Source: the human T2T-CHM13v2.0 reference genome, Homo sapiens. From it: a stretch of 64,000 nt of DNA. Both the position numbers and the translations under genes were made by a program. Below, piece after piece: positions 60,951-64,000 of this stretch. The stretch lies in the NCBI RefSeq assembly GCF_009914755.1, contig NC_060932.1; one strand, given 5' to 3'. Position 1 is the first letter of the stretch. Each line of letters starts with the position of its first letter. The notes under the pieces are model-generated. The model ran no database searches and was not told the origin of the DNA. It worked only from the letters and a program-made list of their open reading frames with translations.

Positions 60951-61164
60951 TTACTCATATTAATATTCTCTCACTTTATTCCATCTACAGTGCATTTAAG
61001 TAGATATTCTTACATAAAATAGGTTTTAAAATGAGGAGCCTAAAGCAAAGAGAATGAGCTGTCATTAAACTTCACTAATTACATACTAGCGCTGTATTTT
61101 AATCCTTGGCTCCTGACATCATATTACACAGTTGTTTTTACTACACTACTTTGTTGCAAGAAAG

Positions 61165-61820
61165 ATGCATAAGTGGCTGAGTGGGTGGGTGGATGGTTGT
61201 ATAGATGGGAGGAAGAATAGAAGGAAGAAAGGAAGAATGGCTGGCTGGCTGGATGAATGGAGGGATGGAAAGAAAGATGAATGGAGGGATGGATGGAAAG
61301 ATGAATGGAAGGATGGATGGATGAATGCATGCATGCATGGATGGATGGACAGATGGAAGGATGGATAAATGGAAGGATATGGATGAATGGATGGATGGGT
61401 GAAATAACAGATAAATGGACAAAATGATGGAAGGGAAGGATGAATGGAAGGATATGGATTGATAGATGGATGGAAGGATAAAAGGAATGATAGACGGAAT
61501 AATGGATGAATGGATGGACACATGGATGAATGATGAATGGATGGATGGAAAGATGGATAAACAATGGATTGATGGAACGATGGATGGATGGAAGGATGAA
61601 TGGATGGAAGGATGGATGGATAGATGGAAGGATGGATGGAAAGATGGATGGAAGAAAGGATGGATAGATGCATGGATGGATGAAATGATGGATGGATGAA
61701 TGAAAGGATACAGATGGACAGATGGATGGATGAATGGAAGAATAGATGGAATAATGGTTTGGTGGGTGCATGGATGGATAGAATGATGGATGGATGAATG
61801 GATGGATGGATAAATGGAAA
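61165..61820. repeat. ~650-bp degenerate (GGAT)n/(GGAA)n simple repeat
   Basis: ggatggatggaaggatgaatgg arrays; reads (UCCA/UUCA)n on the CSMD1 transcript. Confidence 0.95.
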
Positions 61821-62015
61821 ACCGGAGAGAAAGAGATGTAAGGAGATGAAAGAGAGAGGAGATCCAGCTTCTTAGTTTAGGAGTGATGAAGCCACCTATC
61901 TAAATACAGTGATACATTTGTTTTTAAGTTTTCAGGATAACACTATAATTTTACTACTGTCATTTTCATAATGATTATAAAACCTCTGAAGTATCAACCT
62001 TGAAATGCAACTTCA

Positions 62016-62438
<423 letters not shown>

Positions 62439-63422
62439 TCAAACAGTTATGCACATATCCAAAGAATTGCCATGTGAAACAGACAGCTAAGAACCTGGAA
62501 AGGCAATTCATGCTTGCAAATAGCTATGATGATCCAACTATTTTAATATAAGTAATTCTGGACCATAATGTTTTCTCCTTTCCTAATTTGTAAGTCGAAT
62601 ATTTCATTATCATATAGAGCACAACCAGAACCTATACATAATCAAGCACAAGCGTGGTTCAAAAATGATCCTTTCCAGTTGACTGAAAACGTGTGCCAAA
62701 TATTATAATTTCTAGTTATAATTTTCTGCCTTCAGAAGAGCAAATATTAATATGGAAAAGTATATTCCTATATCATAGGAACAATTCAGCCTGCTCTTTC
62801 ATAACTTTTAAATTTATATTTTATACTTTCCTGTGAGTGCATTTTCTCCAGTAATTTAAAATTTTTATTAGTTACAGGGTAAACATGAATAAATAAATAA
62901 CTTGGAAACATCAGATCATGTTCTAGTTGGATAATATAAAGTATTTTGAAAAATTTACTTTTAAGAATGTGTACTTAAAATCATATATATTATATAAATA
63001 ATTTTTTGGAGGGAGAAACTGTTGGATTTATCTCTAGAATACATTTTTGCTTCTTATTCCATATAATTTTGTACACACTTTTCAGCCTTTGCTATAGTTA
63101 TTTACAAATAAAAAAAACCTCTCCTTTAAAATCGACTGTGAAGCCTTTTCTACTTGTTAAAATAGTATTCTTAAGAGGAAGTGGGCAGCTCATCAACTGA
63201 ATTCCAAACCAATACCACCACCCATGCTCGCACTGGTGAACAACTTGTGTTTAAGTGTTATACAGCATTATTAAGTCACAAAGGACTCTGTTGCTGTACT
63301 GATGTCTGATACAGCAGATCATCACTGGCTTTTGATGGAAACAACGATATATGTGATGACCCTTTCTGGTAGGAAACGTTCAAGTACATTTTGTCGAGTA
63401 GATGTAATGAAACTATAAATTA

Positions 63423-63896
<474 letters not shown>

Positions 63897-64000
63897 CTAA
63901 ACATCATTTTTGTAAAGTGTTTCTAAAGGATATTCAATTGATCTTAAATTTAATTTCAAATACCAGAAAAAGAATGTCATTTCAAATGAAGGGAAAGGTA

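Noticed and set aside
61124-61771. Long ORFs of 126-215 aa (HPSIHPS... / MDGWMDG...)
   Set aside because: Translations of the (GGAT)n simple repeat, which lacks stops in several frames; no splice or domain evidence.

Overview
Primate, almost certainly human, genomic DNA from inside the very large CSMD1 gene (CUB and Sushi multiple domains 1), transcribed from the minus strand. Ten coding exons with canonical AG/GT boundaries can be read directly: 63614-63796, 62090-62416, 60221-60415, 53594-53732, 50397-50584, 41743-41931, 23498-23614, 21277-21492, 13400-13588 and 2237-2406. They total 1913 nt and splice into one open frame encoding Sushi-CUB-Sushi-CUB-Sushi-CUB-Sushi-(half CUB). From memory these are roughly exons 13-22 of the reference transcript (unverified). 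Three of them (60221, 23498, 2237) are absent from the ORF track. The rest is AT-rich intron containing Alu, L1, L2, MIR, MaLR/ERVL LTRs, DNA transposons (MER30, Tigger2, MER5, half a MADE1), minisatellites and microsatellites. Almost all other listed ORFs are repeat-derived or chance. I see no new gene or prokaryote-type system. The most interesting unexplained signals are candidate splicing-control elements around frame-preserving exons: a 254-nt AG-exclusion zone with a distant branch point, a ~650-nt YCAY field, RBFOX motifs including a 5x VNTR, and inverted Alus. Also notable are a solo Hsmar1 terminal repeat with a perfect SETMAR core, a Tigger2-derived hairpin, a SOX/STAT-motif minisatellite, and L1 insertions with 3' transduction and twin-priming signatures. 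Repeat subfamily names come from recalled consensus sequences, not from a search.
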